This document shows, in pieces, positions 63,296 through 64,000 of a stretch of 64,000 bases of DNA. Position 1 is the stretch's first letter, and the number at the start of each line of letters is the position of its first letter. The position numbers and the translations under genes were made by a program. The stretch covers positions 94,737 to 158,736 of the forward strand of contig JANRJP010000037.1 of the NCBI GenBank assembly GCA_033763905.1. Reading direction: 5' to 3'. The DNA comes from Gemmatimonadaceae bacterium (lineage in GTDB: Bacteria > Gemmatimonadota > Gemmatimonadetes > Gemmatimonadales > Gemmatimonadaceae). The notes below the pieces were generated by a model that saw only the letters and a list, made by a program, of their open reading frames with translations, was not told the origin of the DNA and did not search any database.

Positions 63296-63333
63296 CGAAG
63301 CCCCCGCTGATCCGAGGATCAACGGGGGCTTCG
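63296..63333 (-). terminator. rRNA operon terminator
   Basis: 17-bp stem CGAAGCCCCCG(T/C)TGATC with one G-U on the minus strand, followed by TTCGTTCCTT, just after 5S. Confidence 0.75.
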
Positions 63334-63339
63334 AAGGGG

Positions 63340-63456
63340 TGCCGGCGACGGCCTACTCTCCCGCGCTCTCTCGAGCGGAGTACCATCGGCGCTGCAAGGC
63401 TTAACGACCGTGTTCGGAATGGGAACGGGTGTGGCCCTTGCGCTCTAGTCGCCAGC
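63340..63456 (-). rRNA. rrf: 5S rRNA
   Basis: CCCGTTCCCATTCCGAACACGG, GATGGTACT, GGGAGAGTAGG on minus strand; paired ends. Confidence 0.96.
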
Positions 63457-63559
63457 GAAGAAGGCAACGAAGAGTGGAAGTGATCTGGAATCAACGCGAT
63501 CGCGGATAGCGTCGCGGTAAGGGGACATACGTTTGCATTGTCCGTATGTCCATAAGAAG

Positions 63560-64000
<441 letters not shown>

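Noticed and set aside
63523..63551. Hairpin in the 23S-5S spacer as a separate ncRNA
   Set aside because: A 9-bp stem only; most simply an rRNA processing or spacer structure.

Overview
High-GC bacterial chromosome segment. Gene content and order suggest Gemmatimonadota (inference). 1-3.2 kb: end of an aromatic acyl-CoA (anthranilate/benzoate-type) catabolic cluster. 3.2-8.5 kb: coupled hybrid PAS histidine kinase and CheB-CheR-PAS fusion, then tRNA-Arg(CCT) and an orphan CdiI-like gene. 9.2-17.2 kb: operon with a Gfo/Idh/MocA oxidoreductase, two DUF885 proteins and an ATPase-less peptide-type ABC importer. 17-23 kb: accessory genes. 23-64 kb: mostly minus-strand housekeeping genes (apt, acyP, pcm, surE, gpsA, plsY, der, larC, thrC, uvrC, murJ, bshC, rlmH, gdh, lipid A cluster, skp, bamA, clpC-mcsB-mcsA, lolD/lolCE, lysS, frameshifted prfB, era), ending in 5S rRNA and the 3' part of 23S rRNA. 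No CRISPR, integrase or transposase seen. Best novelty candidates: (i) a membrane-anchored protein at 30.0-31.5 kb made of three degenerate Ser/Thr-kinase C-lobe-like repeats without catalytic motifs; (ii) the paired exported/cytoplasmic DUF885 plus importer operon with complementary motif deviations; (iii) the receptor-less CheB-CheR and kinase pair sharing a paralogous PAS domain; (iv) recurrent TANNTT -10 boxes 6-8 nt before start codons, two of them built from upstream TAA stops. Family assignments are by motif recognition, not database searches. Many starts were re-called from the ORF track.
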